Positions 1 through 9,849 of a stretch of DNA of 64,000 bases are shown here, in pieces. This stretch comes from an uncultured Planctomycetota bacterium (GTDB taxonomy: Bacteria; Planctomycetota; Planctomycetia; Isosphaerales; Isosphaeraceae): the NCBI GenBank assembly GCA_963823665.1, contig CAWGMQ010000005.1, positions 800,001-864,000 on the forward strand, given 5' to 3'. The position numbers were made by a program, and so were the translations under genes. Below the pieces are notes generated by a model. That model was not told where the DNA came from and did no database searches. It worked only from the letters and a program-made list of their open reading frames with translations. Each line of letters starts with the position of its first letter. Positions within the stretch are counted from its first letter, which is position 1.

Positions 1-13
1 CCGAGGTCCGGCC

Positions 14-559
14 ATGAACCGCTTACAACGCGCCGCCGTGCTCTTGACGCTGCTCGACGCGCTGAAGAATCGCGGAAGCTGGTGCGGCGAAACCCATCTT
101 CAGAAAGCAGTCTATTTCCTCGAAGAGATGTGCGGCGTCCCCCTTGGTTTCTCTTACATCCTGTACCGTCACGGTCCTTATTCATTTGAGTTCAGCGACG
201 AGATCACTGCACTTCGAGCCGATCTTCTTCTTGATTTGCAGCTCAGGCCGCCGTACGGCCCCACCATCGTACTTGGCCAGAACGCGCAACAACTCCTCGC
301 GAATTACCCGACGACGATCCGGTTCTATGAGCCACAGATTACGTTCGTCGCGGAACGCCTTGGAAGGAGCATAGTCATCGATCTGGAGCGATTGGCGACG
401 GCGCTTTACGTCACACGGGAATCATCGCCCCCGGCCGATGATGAACGGAGAGCCGCGAGACTGCACGAGGTCAAGCCCCACATCTCGATCGCAGACGCAA
501 AGCTGGCGATTCGCCAAATTGACGCGATGTTGTCCGCGGCTCCCGTAGCGATCTCATGA
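14..559 (+). CDS. YwgA/Panacea(SocA)-like protein
   Basis: 181 aa ORF with G-E-T-H-LQK-x-VYFL ... Y-x-HGPYS motif pattern; stop overlaps the start of the DUF1156 gene. Confidence 0.55.
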   Translation: MNRLQRAAVLLTLLDALKNRGSWCGETHLQKAVYFLEEMCGVPLGFSYILYRHGPYSFEFSDEITALRADLLLDLQLRPPYGPTIVLGQNAQQLLANYPTTIRFYEPQITFVAERLGRSIVIDLERLATALYVTRESSPPADDERRAARLHEVKPHISIADAKLAIRQIDAMLSAAPVAIS

Positions 560-894
560 ACACTCCGTCTCCGAAGCGGCTAATCGAAGTCGATCTCCCC
601 ATCGCCCGTATCTCGGCCCACGCCCGCCGCGAGAAGTCGATCCGGCACGGGCATATCTCGACGCTTCACATCTGGTGGGCCCGGCGTCCGCTGGCGGCGT
701 GCCGCGCGGTCATTTGCGCCGCCCTCTGGCCCGACCCGGCAGACCCGCTCTGTCCGGAATCTTTCCGCGAAACGGCGCGAGGGCTGATGCGATCGTGGGC
801 GGCCGATCACGGCAAGCTCCAGGGGTCCGAGAGCTTTCAGCGGCTCCGCCAGGCCAAACAGTTTTCGATGCTGATGGACGACAACCACCGTTAG
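556..894 (+). pseudogene. DUF1156 adenine DNA methylase, N-terminal fragment
   Basis: [44 protein letters not shown] is the DUF1156 N-terminal signature; ORF ends after ~110 aa. Confidence 0.85.
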
Positions 895-1004
895 TCCCCA
901 GGGAACATGGGAGATCCCTGCTTGCGAACAAGGGTCTATGGGGTGATACTCGCCCATGGTAGGGCGATGACAGCGTGCTTCAGGCGGCCGGGGTTTGTAG
1001 TGGG

Positions 1005-1098
1005 GCGGTGACCGAAGCCAATATCCATGACGATGGCACGGTTGTTACCGCGTTTGAGCGCGTGATAGACTGTCCCGTCAACGCTGACCAGGTAGGGC
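1005..1098 (-). pseudogene. REP-associated tyrosine transposase (RAYT) N-terminal remnant
   Basis: minus-strand translation DGTVYHALKRGNNRAI resembles the RAYT G-x-VYHV-x-NRGNNR motif; next to a REP-like sequence at ~1101-1150. Confidence 0.4.
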
Positions 1099-1238
1099 GC
1101 GGTCGGCGCGGGTCTCCAACCCCCCGTCGGCCAGACCGCAGGTCTCCCGCCGGGGCGGTTTTGCTTCCGCGCGTTCCGGCTCGTGAGTCCGGGCCCGTTC
1201 CGTGCATCCTACGAATATTCTTGTACAGTTCGATTCGA

Positions 1239-2201
1239 ATGAAGAACTTCCAAGACAAAGTCGCATTCATCTGGTCGGTGGCTGACCTCCTTCGCGGCGA
1301 TTACAAGCAGTCCGAGTACGGAAAGGTCATTCTGCCCCTCACCGTCCTCAGGCGGCTGGACTGCGTTCTCGAGCCCACAAAGCCGAAGGTCCTGGATCGA
1401 GCCAAAGCGCGCCCGACCAGGGCCGACGAGACGATGAAGGACCTGATGCTCTGCCAGGCGGCCGGTCCGGGCATGACCTTCTACAACACCAGCCGCTTCG
1501 TCCTCCCGCCCACTGAGGCGGCCAAGGGAAAAACCTACGTCTCGCTCCTCTCGGACCAGGAACAGATCGCCGCCAATCTGACAAACTGCATCGCCGGGTT
1601 CTCCCACAACGCTCGCGAGATCTTCCTTGACAAGTTCAAGCTCGGCGAGCAAATCAACCGGCTCGATGAAGCCAACCTTCTCTACCTTGTGCTCAGCAAG
1701 TTCACCGAGATCGACCTTCACCCCGACGTCGTCGGCAACATCGAGATGGGCTACATCTTTGAGGAGCTGATCCGACGGTTCTCGGAAGCCTCAAACGAGA
1801 CGGCAGGCGAACACTTCACCCCGCGTGAGGTCATCCGCCTCATGGTCAACCTGCTCTTCTTCGACGACTGCGAAGCGCTGACAAAGAGGGGCGTCATCCG
1901 CACGCTTTATGACCCCGCCGCCGGCACCGGTGGCATGCTCTCAGTGGCCGAAAACCACCTCCGTGGGTTCAACCGGAACGCCACGCTGAAGGTCTTCGGC
2001 CAGGAGCTCAATCCCGAGTCCTACGCGATCTGCAAGAGCGACATGCTCACCGTACGGCACGGTAATAATCCGGTTCGTGGTAGTTCTGCGCGATGGTTCC
2101 GGCGCCTTTTCTGCTATCCTACATTGATCGCACCGGGGGCCGGCTCTCAACACTCTAACCATGCAGTGCTTGGCCGATTACACTTAGGCTTAGCCCTTTG
2201 A
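1239..2201 (+). pseudogene. hsdM: Type I restriction-modification M subunit, truncated
   Basis: FIWSVADLLRGDYKQSEYGKVILPLTVLRRLDC, GEHFTPREVI, YDPAAGTGGML, FGQELN; similarity ends at CKSDML (~2048), before the NPPF catalytic motif. Confidence 0.85.
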
Positions 2202-2297
2202 TTTTATTAATGCGTTCGGCTCAGGTTCGACGATTGATCTCTCGATCCGCGACGGATTCAGACAACGCCTAACCCGACCGAATCTCGGGGTGCAGGT

Positions 2298-2669
2298 ATG
2301 CCTCTGTCCTCTTCCGATTCCATGCTCGCAGCGCTTCGACAGAAGATTTCTGGTGGCAACGCCGTTGCGTTCGTCGGAGCGGGGGTTTCAATCGCGACAA
2401 CAACCAACGCCGCAACGGCCTCGTGGGTCGGTCTAATCAAGAACGGCGTGCAAAGATGTATGGATGTGGTAAGACCGAGTCTCGGGCTCGACTGGGCTCA
2501 GCTTCTCAATCAGGAGATCGATTCTGGGGACCTCGACAACCTCCTTTCAGCTGCCGAGAAGGTCACCAGCAAGCTAAACGGCCAAAGCGCAGGAGAATAC
2601 GCTCGATGGCTACGCGAGACTATTGGCCAGTTGCACGTCGTGGATTCAAGTCTCATCGAAACTCTCCAA
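2298..2669 (+). pseudogene. SIR2-like (SIR2_2) protein, 5' fragment cut by IS1634
   Basis: AVAFVGAGVS...SW motif; the coding sequence runs into the IS left inverted repeat at 2670. Confidence 0.7.
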
Positions 2670-5306
2670 CTGACGTTCCGCACATCTGCCCCTGATTATC
2701 TCCGAATTACCGCCGCCCAAGTCAGTCGACGAGGGCTGGGCAGCGCCGATTACACCGAGGCTGGCCCAGGGACGCGATGTGACTCGCGGCCGCACGGCCA
2801 TTGCCTCGCGCACGCGTCCGGTGTGATCGCCGCGGTTCGCGCACCGCTCGCCGGTAGGCCACTACGCCAAGACTCCCTGCCTGACATCGACATCTTCTCG
2901 TCAAGTCAAGCCTAACCGCAGTGTCCAATTCCACGAGCCAGAAATTTCTGTAATTCTTCAGTTGGCCGATCTTCGACGTAAGTCTCGCCGAGTGTGACAA
3001 CCCAAGTAGCCAGTCGAGAACATCTTTGTCCTTCCCCCAGAGAAAGAGCTGTTTTTCTCGGGAAAAAGCGCTTCTCGAAATCACCAAGCGCGATTTGACC
3101 AACCGTTTGTCGAAATCGAGTCCCGACGTAGGTCCAATTCGACGCGACTTACGTCAAATTACAACATCATACTTAAGGTGGCGGAATCCGTGGATGCCTT
3201 GAAGATTTCTCCTCCAGGACAATCATGTCCGCAGGAATCTCGGCGAGACAGTCGCTCTGCTTCATGTGTCCAGAGCGGCCCCAGCGTATCTTGTCTATGC
3301 CGACCACACGAGTTCCTAAGGAGCAACACGGATGCAGAAGCCCAAGAAACGACACGTTCCTTCTTCGACTACTCCCCCACGTCCCGGTGAGATCGCTCGC
3401 GCCAAGGGGCAGGCTCTTAGCTCGTACCGCATCGACGCCCTCCCAATCGTCAATCAACTCCTCGCACGCATGCGCCTCGACGAATTTCTCCGATCGTATC
3501 TCCCACGCGCCGACCGCCGCTGCCGAATCGCTCCTACGCTGGGAATCTCGCTCCTGCTCAAAAATGTTCTCCTCTCCCGCGAGCCTTTGTACGGCATCGG
3601 AGAATGGGCGGCGAGGTTTGCTCCTGAGGCACTCGGCTTCAACGACAGCCAACTGCCTTCTCTCAACGACGACCGGATAGGACGCTGTCTCGATCGCTTG
3701 TTCCAAAGCGATATCACCTCATTGGTCCTGGCGCTGGTGGCCCATGTGATCAAAGAATTCGACGTGGACCTCGACGAGCTCCACAACGACTCCACCACCA
3801 TCACCTTCCATGGTGCATACGCTGACGCGGCCAAGGAAGAAATGCGGGGCAAACGGACCAGGATGGCGATCACCTGGGGTTACAACAAGGATCATCGCCC
3901 AGACCTTAAGCAACTACTTTACATCCTCACAGTGGCCAAGGACGGTGCCGTTCCGTTGTACTTCCAGGTTGCCAGCGGCAACGTGGCGGACGATCAAACC
4001 CACCGCGCTACCTGGGATCTTCTCTGTCGCCTGACGGGAAGGCGAGATTTCCTCTACGTCGCGGACTGCAAGCTGGCCAGCGCCGAGAACATGGCCCATA
4101 TCCATCAACGCCAAGGCCGGTTTTTAACCGTGCTGCCGCGGACTCGGTCAGAGGACGGCATCTTCCGAGACTCACTCGGCAGTGGCCAGATCCAGTGGCG
4201 GCACATCCATGACAAGCGAAATGACGACGGCAAGATTGTGGATAAGTACTCGATCTCCGAGCCGGGTTCGCTGAGCGTCGAAGGATACCGACTGGTTTGG
4301 TACCACAGTACGCGCAAAGCCGAGCAGGATTCCCATGCGCGTCATCAACAGGTCGAAAGAGCCTTGATCGAATTGTCGGAGCTGCGTTTGAAGCTCTCAT
4401 CTCCGCGGACGCGGTTTCGACAAGAGGCGAAGGTTGTGGATGCCGTTCAGGAAATCCTCCGGGCGCAGGGCGCTGAGAATTGGATCGTCACGGAGATCAA
4501 AGAGCGAACCGAGGAGAGGTTCCGCCAGGACCGGCGAGGTCGACCGAATGATCAAACGCGATACGTCAGGAAGACGAGCACTCGCTTCGAGCTGGCGTAT
4601 CACATCGATCACGAGAGACTCGTCGCGGAAACGGCGGGTGACGGAGTCTTCCCTTTGATCACGAACGACCATTCACTGTCGGGCTTGGAAATGTTGCTGG
4701 CCTACAAGGGCCAGCCGGCGCTGGAGAAACGGTTTTCGCACTTGAAGACGGACTTCGAAGTCGCCCCGGTTTATCTTAAGGAGGCCAGCCGGATTCAGGC
4801 GTTGCTCTGTGTCTATTTTCTGGTGCTCCTGGCTGAATCGCTACTCGAACGCGAGCTGCGTCGTGCCATGGACCGCGAGGCGATTGAAAGCCTGCCTCTG
4901 TATCCAGAAAGTCGGAAGTGTCGCCATCCCACAGCTCGTCGGCTGATCGACCTGTTTGAGGATGTGCAACGGCACTCGCTGCAAGTCGGACGGCGACCGT
5001 CAGTGGTTTTCACAACTCAATTGAGCCGGCTGCAACGGCGAGTGCTGCGTCTGCTTGGTATGTCGAAAGTCTACGATGGCTGATTTGGTCAGCCAGCGTG
5101 CGACTGTTCTCGACGGCGCTGAACCGCAAGACATAAGCGTGAGCGGATAACAACTCTTGCGATAGTCAAGCAGTCGAGCCCTCAAATCGACCATGGGTTG
5201 CGAGCGGTAATCGACTGCTGACTTGCGTGAGAGACCCCCAGCGCCTGCCCGATTTACCGCCGGGCGATATTCCGGGATAATCAAGGGCAGATGTGCGGAA
5301 CGTCAG
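2670..5306 (+). mobile_element. IS1634-family insertion sequence, 2637 bp
   Basis: 31 bp terminal inverted repeats with 1 mismatch: CTGACGTTCCGCACATCTGCCCCTGATTATC (2670-2700) and its reverse complement at 5276-5306; encloses a DDE transposase; no target duplication. Confidence 0.9.
3332..5083 (+). CDS. IS1634-family DDE transposase
   Basis: 583 aa; LNDDRIGRCLD, LHNDSTT, GYNKDHRPDLKQ, VADCK, Y-x-x-Q-x-x-LEKRF-x-x-LK. Confidence 0.9.
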   Translation: MQKPKKRHVPSSTTPPRPGEIARAKGQALSSYRIDALPIVNQLLARMRLDEFLRSYLPRADRRCRIAPTLGISLLLKNVLLSREPLYGIGEWAARFAPEALGFNDSQLPSLNDDRIGRCLDRLFQSDITSLVLALVAHVIKEFDVDLDELHNDSTTITFHGAYADAAKEEMRGKRTRMAITWGYNKDHRPDLKQLLYILTVAKDGAVPLYFQVASGNVADDQTHRATWDLLCRLTGRRDFLYVADCKLASAENMAHIHQRQGRFLTVLPRTRSEDGIFRDSLGSGQIQWRHIHDKRNDDGKIVDKYSISEPGSLSVEGYRLVWYHSTRKAEQDSHARHQQVERALIELSELRLKLSSPRTRFRQEAKVVDAVQEILRAQGAENWIVTEIKERTEERFRQDRRGRPNDQTRYVRKTSTRFELAYHIDHERLVAETAGDGVFPLITNDHSLSGLEMLLAYKGQPALEKRFSHLKTDFEVAPVYLKEASRIQALLCVYFLVLLAESLLERELRRAMDREAIESLPLYPESRKCRHPTARRLIDLFEDVQRHSLQVGRRPSVVFTTQLSRLQRRVLRLLGMSKVYDG

Positions 5307-6527
5307 CATGAATTGAGCAGTTCCGAAAAAGACATTGAGTTTTACGAACGAGAGTTGACACGATCATTCGCGGAAGGACGACGTGTCCTGCGACCAAACG
5401 GCGTCGGAACGATCGTCTTCGCGAGCAAGACGACGGCGAGCTGGGAGGCAATACTGAAAGCCGTCGTGGATGCCGGTTGGATCATCACCGCTTCATGGCC
5501 GATCGACACGGAACGCGAAGCGCGTGTCTCGGCACAAGGCCAGGCTCGCCTGGGTTCTTCCATTCACCTCGTATGTCGCCCACGCGAGAATCCCGACGGC
5601 TCGCTCCTTGAAGCCGAAATCGGCGATTGGCGCGACGTTCTCGCCGAACTCCCACGCCGGATTCACGACTGGATGCCGCGCCTCGCCGAGGAAGGGGTCG
5701 TCGGCGCGGACGCTATCTTTGCGTGCCTCGGTCCGGCCCTGGAAGTCTTCAGCCGCCATAGCCGAGTCGAGAAATCCAGCGGAGATGTTGTATCGCTCCG
5801 CGAATACCTGGAGCACGTCTGGGCCGCCGTTTCGAACGAAGCACTCTCGATGATCTTTAGGGACGCCGACGCCGCAGGGCTTGAGCCCGATGCGCGCCTT
5901 ACGGCCATGTGGCTCTGGACCCTTGGCACCGCGTCGCCGGAGGGCGGCAACGAGAGCGTCTCTGCCGAGGAAGGCGCGGGAGACGACGCCGACGCGGTAG
6001 ATGAAGAGACAGATAGGCCGTCGAAGATCAGCGGCTTCGTGCTGGAATTCGATGCTGCCCGAAAAATTGCCCAGGGGCTCGGGATCAACCTGGACAAGAG
6101 CCAGAGCGTCGTTGAGGTCAAGGGCGATAAGGCCCGTCTCCTTCCCGTAGCCGAGCGCACGAAATACCTCTTCGGCAAAGACGCCGACGACGCACCGACC
6201 ACGAAAAAGAAGCCCAAGAAAAAGGACACCCAGCTCTCGCTGTTCGAGGCGCTCAAGGAGGCCGACCCCGACGTACCGGCCGAAACCTCCGAATTGAAGG
6301 CCCCCCAGGCCGGCTTGACCGTCCTCGACCGGGTTCACCAGGCCATGATCCTGTTCGCCGCCGGCCGCGGCGAGGCCGTCAAACAGTTCCTCGTCGAGGA
6401 GGGAATCGGCAAGGACGCCCGGTTCTGGAAGCTCGCCCAGTCGCTCTCGGCCCTCTATCCGCCCGGCATCGACGAAAAACGCTGGGTCGACGGCGTGCTC
6501 GCCCGGAAGAAGAGCCTGGGGTTATAA
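5307..6527 (+). pseudogene. DUF1156 methylase, C-terminal fragment
   Basis: EGRRVLRPNGVGTIVFASKTTASWEAILKAVVDAGW, SWPIDTE, GADAIFACLGPALE, EKRWVDGVLARKK; begins right after the IS right IR. Confidence 0.8.
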
Positions 6528-6546
6528 TCAGAGACGGAGGTGGCCA

Positions 6547-6834
6547 ATGAAGACAATCACCATTGAATTCCCCGACGACACGACGCTGCCGTTCACAGAT
6601 TCCGATGAGCAATTTGCCCGAGAGCTCCGGCTCGCCGCCGCGACCTTTTGGTACGACCGCGGCATGCTCTCCCAAGGCATGGGCGCCGAGATCGCGGGTT
6701 TGAGCCGGGGAGAGTTCCTCGACGCTTTGTTCCATGCGAAAGTGCCTGCATGCCAGGTCACCATCGAAGAGCTGGAGGAGGAGCTCGACTCGTGGCAACG
6801 CCGCGCCGAAGAAAGGTTAATGCCTCGCCCTTGA
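6547..6834 (+). CDS. UPF0175-family antitoxin-like protein
   Basis: ELRLAAA-x-x-WY-x-x-G-x-LSQG-x-GAEIAGLSR-x-EF; SD GGAGG upstream; followed by a stub of a PIN toxin (VNASPLIFLAK, ~6815-6850). Confidence 0.8.
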   Translation: MKTITIEFPDDTTLPFTDSDEQFARELRLAAATFWYDRGMLSQGMGAEIAGLSRGEFLDALFHAKVPACQVTIEELEEELDSWQRRAEERLMPRP

Positions 6835-7220
6835 TCTTCCTGGCCAAATCGGAATCGTGGAGTCACTGCCTCCACAATTCAAATCGATCGTCACCATCCC
6901 ACGAAAATCGGCACGCTCGGGGCGAGAACGCGGCGGCCCGTCGACTCGCGAGTCGGCGACTCCACCCAACGCGACAGAGCCGCAACTAAGAAAGTTCCTT
7001 CCCTAACGAATACCGGTGACGCATCTGCACCTTCGTTTCCTTCGTTAGCTTCTGTTCAAGGCTCGATAATCAAAAACTCGCACAGCATCATGAGCGCGTC
7101 GCGAAGCCGCCGATCCGAGTCGCAAACAGGCGCGACCCACCGAAGCAGTCCATCACCAGGCCGACCTTACCTGCGTGAAGCGGCCGGCCTAAGTGGACCC
7201 GTGGAAACGATTGTGCATTG

Positions 7221-7243
7221 AGTAGGTTAGGCTTAAGCCTGAC
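7221..7243. repeat. GTAG-type REP palindrome (other copies ~37455-37478, 57750-57773, 58856-58879; related one at 59263-59283)
   Basis: GTAGGT(T/C)AGGCTT(T/A)AGCCTGAC or its reverse complement, recurring in intergenic positions. Confidence 0.7.
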
Positions 7244-7313
7244 TCCTCCGCTGCAGCACCGCCCTTCTCGCGCACTTTTTTCTGCGGCCGCACCTAGATC
7301 GACCCAGGATCGT

Positions 7314-8574
7314 TCACTCCGCAGCAAGCTCAACCGCGTCGATCCCGAACCAGACGTTGCCGGAGGCCGGGTCCTTGCCAACCGAGGTGAGCCGCAGCGC
7401 GTGGCGCCCGGCGGGAAGGTCGATGGGCCCCAAGTCGATCGCGCCAGACGGAGAAATGCGGCCGCTATAGAGGTTGATATCGTGACCCAGGCGCTTGCCG
7501 TCGATCGCGACCCGCACCACGCCGAAGTCCGGCGCCGCGGTCGCGAGCACGCGGAGCCGGCACCGTCCGCCTCGCCGGTTCGCCAGCTCGAGCGTCACCG
7601 AACCGCCCGGCTCGGCTCGGCAGAAGAGCTGGCGGCCGCCGCTCCACATCGGCGCTCCCCACTCCGCCATCTCCTGAACGCTTGACTCGCAACGGTGCCT
7701 CGAGACCACGGCCATCGACTCGGCCTCGAACCGCTCGAGCGGCGCTTCGGGACGCCCCGGCTCGTACTTGAGCCAGAGTGCATCGTTCGAATAAGCATGT
7801 ACGTACGCGTATGACATCCGGCCATAACCGTTCTTTCCCCACCCTGGGCCAGCGCTGTTCCGGAAGACAAACATTCCGCCGCCATTCTGCGCCGGGTTGT
7901 CGGCGTACCCGACCAGCACGATGCTATGACCATCGAAAACATCCCGCGGCGAGGGGACTTCGCGCAAGACGTCGCCCTCAAGTGCCTTCGGCCAGCGGAG
8001 CCCGCACGCCACCGGGTGCCCCGATGCCAGCGCGTGCTTGATCCCCTTCAACTCCGAGTCGTCGAGCGGCCGAGCGACGTTCCACCGCCTCAACCAGTGG
8101 ACCCGCCAGTGGCCGGCGAGCTCCTTCGCGTTTGCCAGGGCCCTCGGCGTGGGTTCGCGCCGGGCGTCCGCCGTAGGCAAGTAAGGCATCAGGCCGGCCC
8201 GGCAGATTCCCAGCGTTTCGAGGCCGTGCACCGCCTCGTAGAACATGGCCTGATCACCGGAGCGACCGGTCGCCTTGTTCGCCGCCCAGATCAGGAACTC
8301 CTCGGACAGACGGCCGCCGGGCTTCGTCCGGTGACGGCCGCTCTCAAATTCGGCCAGTGCGGTGATCGCGAACAGCGAGCAGACGTCACGCTCACCCTGG
8401 GCAAGTGTCGTGAGACCGAGCTTCTCGAACTCGGGCACCAGGTCGACCGCAGCCGGTAACGCCGCGCCCGGGGCACGCTGGGACCGTGCCGCCACCCGCG
8501 AGCCCGAGCAGAATGATCAGAATCACGCCGCCAACACGCCGAGAGAACCTTTTTGATCTGTGCATTTCAGTCAA
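7314..8574 (-). CDS. Secreted C1 (papain-like) cysteine peptidase with C-terminal carbohydrate-binding-like domain (one frameshift near the 5' end)
   Basis: QG-x-RDVCSLFA, GHSIVLVGY, FRNS-x-G-x-x-WG-x-x-GY; a signal-peptide-like start lies in another frame (8574-~8480). Confidence 0.8.
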
Positions 8575-8769
8575 CTAATTGACAGCCACGGACTGCAAAC
8601 TGGGCTTGTTTGCGAATTTCGGCCACCACTCGAAAGTCGAATACGAATGGATCATCGTGGTGATCCCTTCGTTTTCGTTTCGTGTCTTTCGTGTGTATCG
8701 TGGTTCACTCTGATGGTCCACATCAGATTTCCGCGATAACAGATGCAGGCCGTCGCCGTGGGCTTTCCT

Positions 8770-9669
8770 TCACCCCGCTGCGATCACCTCTCGTGCGCTC
8801 GTCCACTGCATATTCGGGTAGCGATCGTTGTCGAGCGGTTCGAGTTTCGCGAGGCCGCTGAACATGCTGTGCATATATTGCATGCCTTGCCACTTCGGGA
8901 AGAGCTCCTTCTCGCCCTCAGGATCCGCGGCGCGGACGCGCCGGATGAGCGCGGCGAGGTCGTCAACACTGCCCAGGCGCACAAGCTCGAACTTCGCGTT
9001 CTTCAACTCGCCAGCGACGGTTGCCAGCTCTCGGGCGCTCTTCTCGTCGCCGGCAATTCGCAAGATCTTCGGGGCAGACGGGTCGAGAGCCGCGGCCGCG
9101 GTGAACGCCGCCGTGTTGTCCATGGTCGTGAAGTCCATGCGCTGATCGGCGTCATCCCCCCAATAACTCACGCGCCTCGCGTCGAGATCGAGAAGCGGCA
9201 TGCGAGACGTCAGCAGCTCGGCAAACGCACCGTTCAGGATTGACGTTGCCGCGATCGGAGCTTGGTCGAGACGCCCGTGAAACTCTCTCCGCAAATCGAG
9301 GTTACGATTCTCTCCCTCGGGAAGCTTCGTAAAATCGATCGAAAAGTCCGATGGGATAAAGCGCGGCACGCCGGCCGCGACCGCCGCATCGAGCAATACC
9401 GACTGCGCGTCGACTATCACATCGCGCAAGCCTTGCAAAGCCGAGACGACGCAGGATACTCCTGCGCACGCCCGGCCGAGTTCGGCAACTTCCCACTTGC
9501 CCACCCGAGCGACTCTCACGCCACGCCCCTCGAGCTTTGCGAGCTTGTCGTGACCGGCGGCGGCGCGAACGACCGCACAAACGTGGGCACCGCGCTCGAG
9601 AAGCGCATTCACTATCCGGCCGCCGAGATCGCCCGTCGCACCCGCCACTGCAATCGTCGTTTCCATCAA
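8770..9669 (-). CDS. NmrA-family NAD(P)-binding oxidoreductase
   Basis: IAVAGATGDLG, AAVAAGVPRFIPSDF. Confidence 0.85.
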   Translation of the reverse strand: MMETTIAVAGATGDLGGRIVNALLERGAHVCAVVRAAAGHDKLAKLEGRGVRVARVGKWEVAELGRACAGVSCVVSALQGLRDVIVDAQSVLLDAAVAAGVPRFIPSDFSIDFTKLPEGENRNLDLRREFHGRLDQAPIAATSILNGAFAELLTSRMPLLDLDARRVSYWGDDADQRMDFTTMDNTAAFTAAAALDPSAPKILRIAGDEKSARELATVAGELKNAKFELVRLGSVDDLAALIRRVRAADPEGEKELFPKWQGMQYMHSMFSGLAKLEPLDNDRYPNMQWTSAREVIAAG

Positions 9670-9849
9670 TCACATCCGATTGTCCCGTGCCGCTCACACG
9701 TGGCCTCCGCCTCCGGCGCCCAACCTAGCCAAATCGTTACGCCTTGTCCATCATCGCTCGCACGGCCAACGATCGTTTGTAGCAGACACACTCCGTTTGC
9801 CGTCCGCCGGATCAGCGCGCGCGTGCTGAAGTTATTTTGACGAACCGGT

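Noticed and set aside
975..1238. N-terminal extension of hsdM in the ORF track
   Set aside because: Non-homologous read-through of REP/RAYT remnants; the family-typical start is MKNFQDK at 1239.
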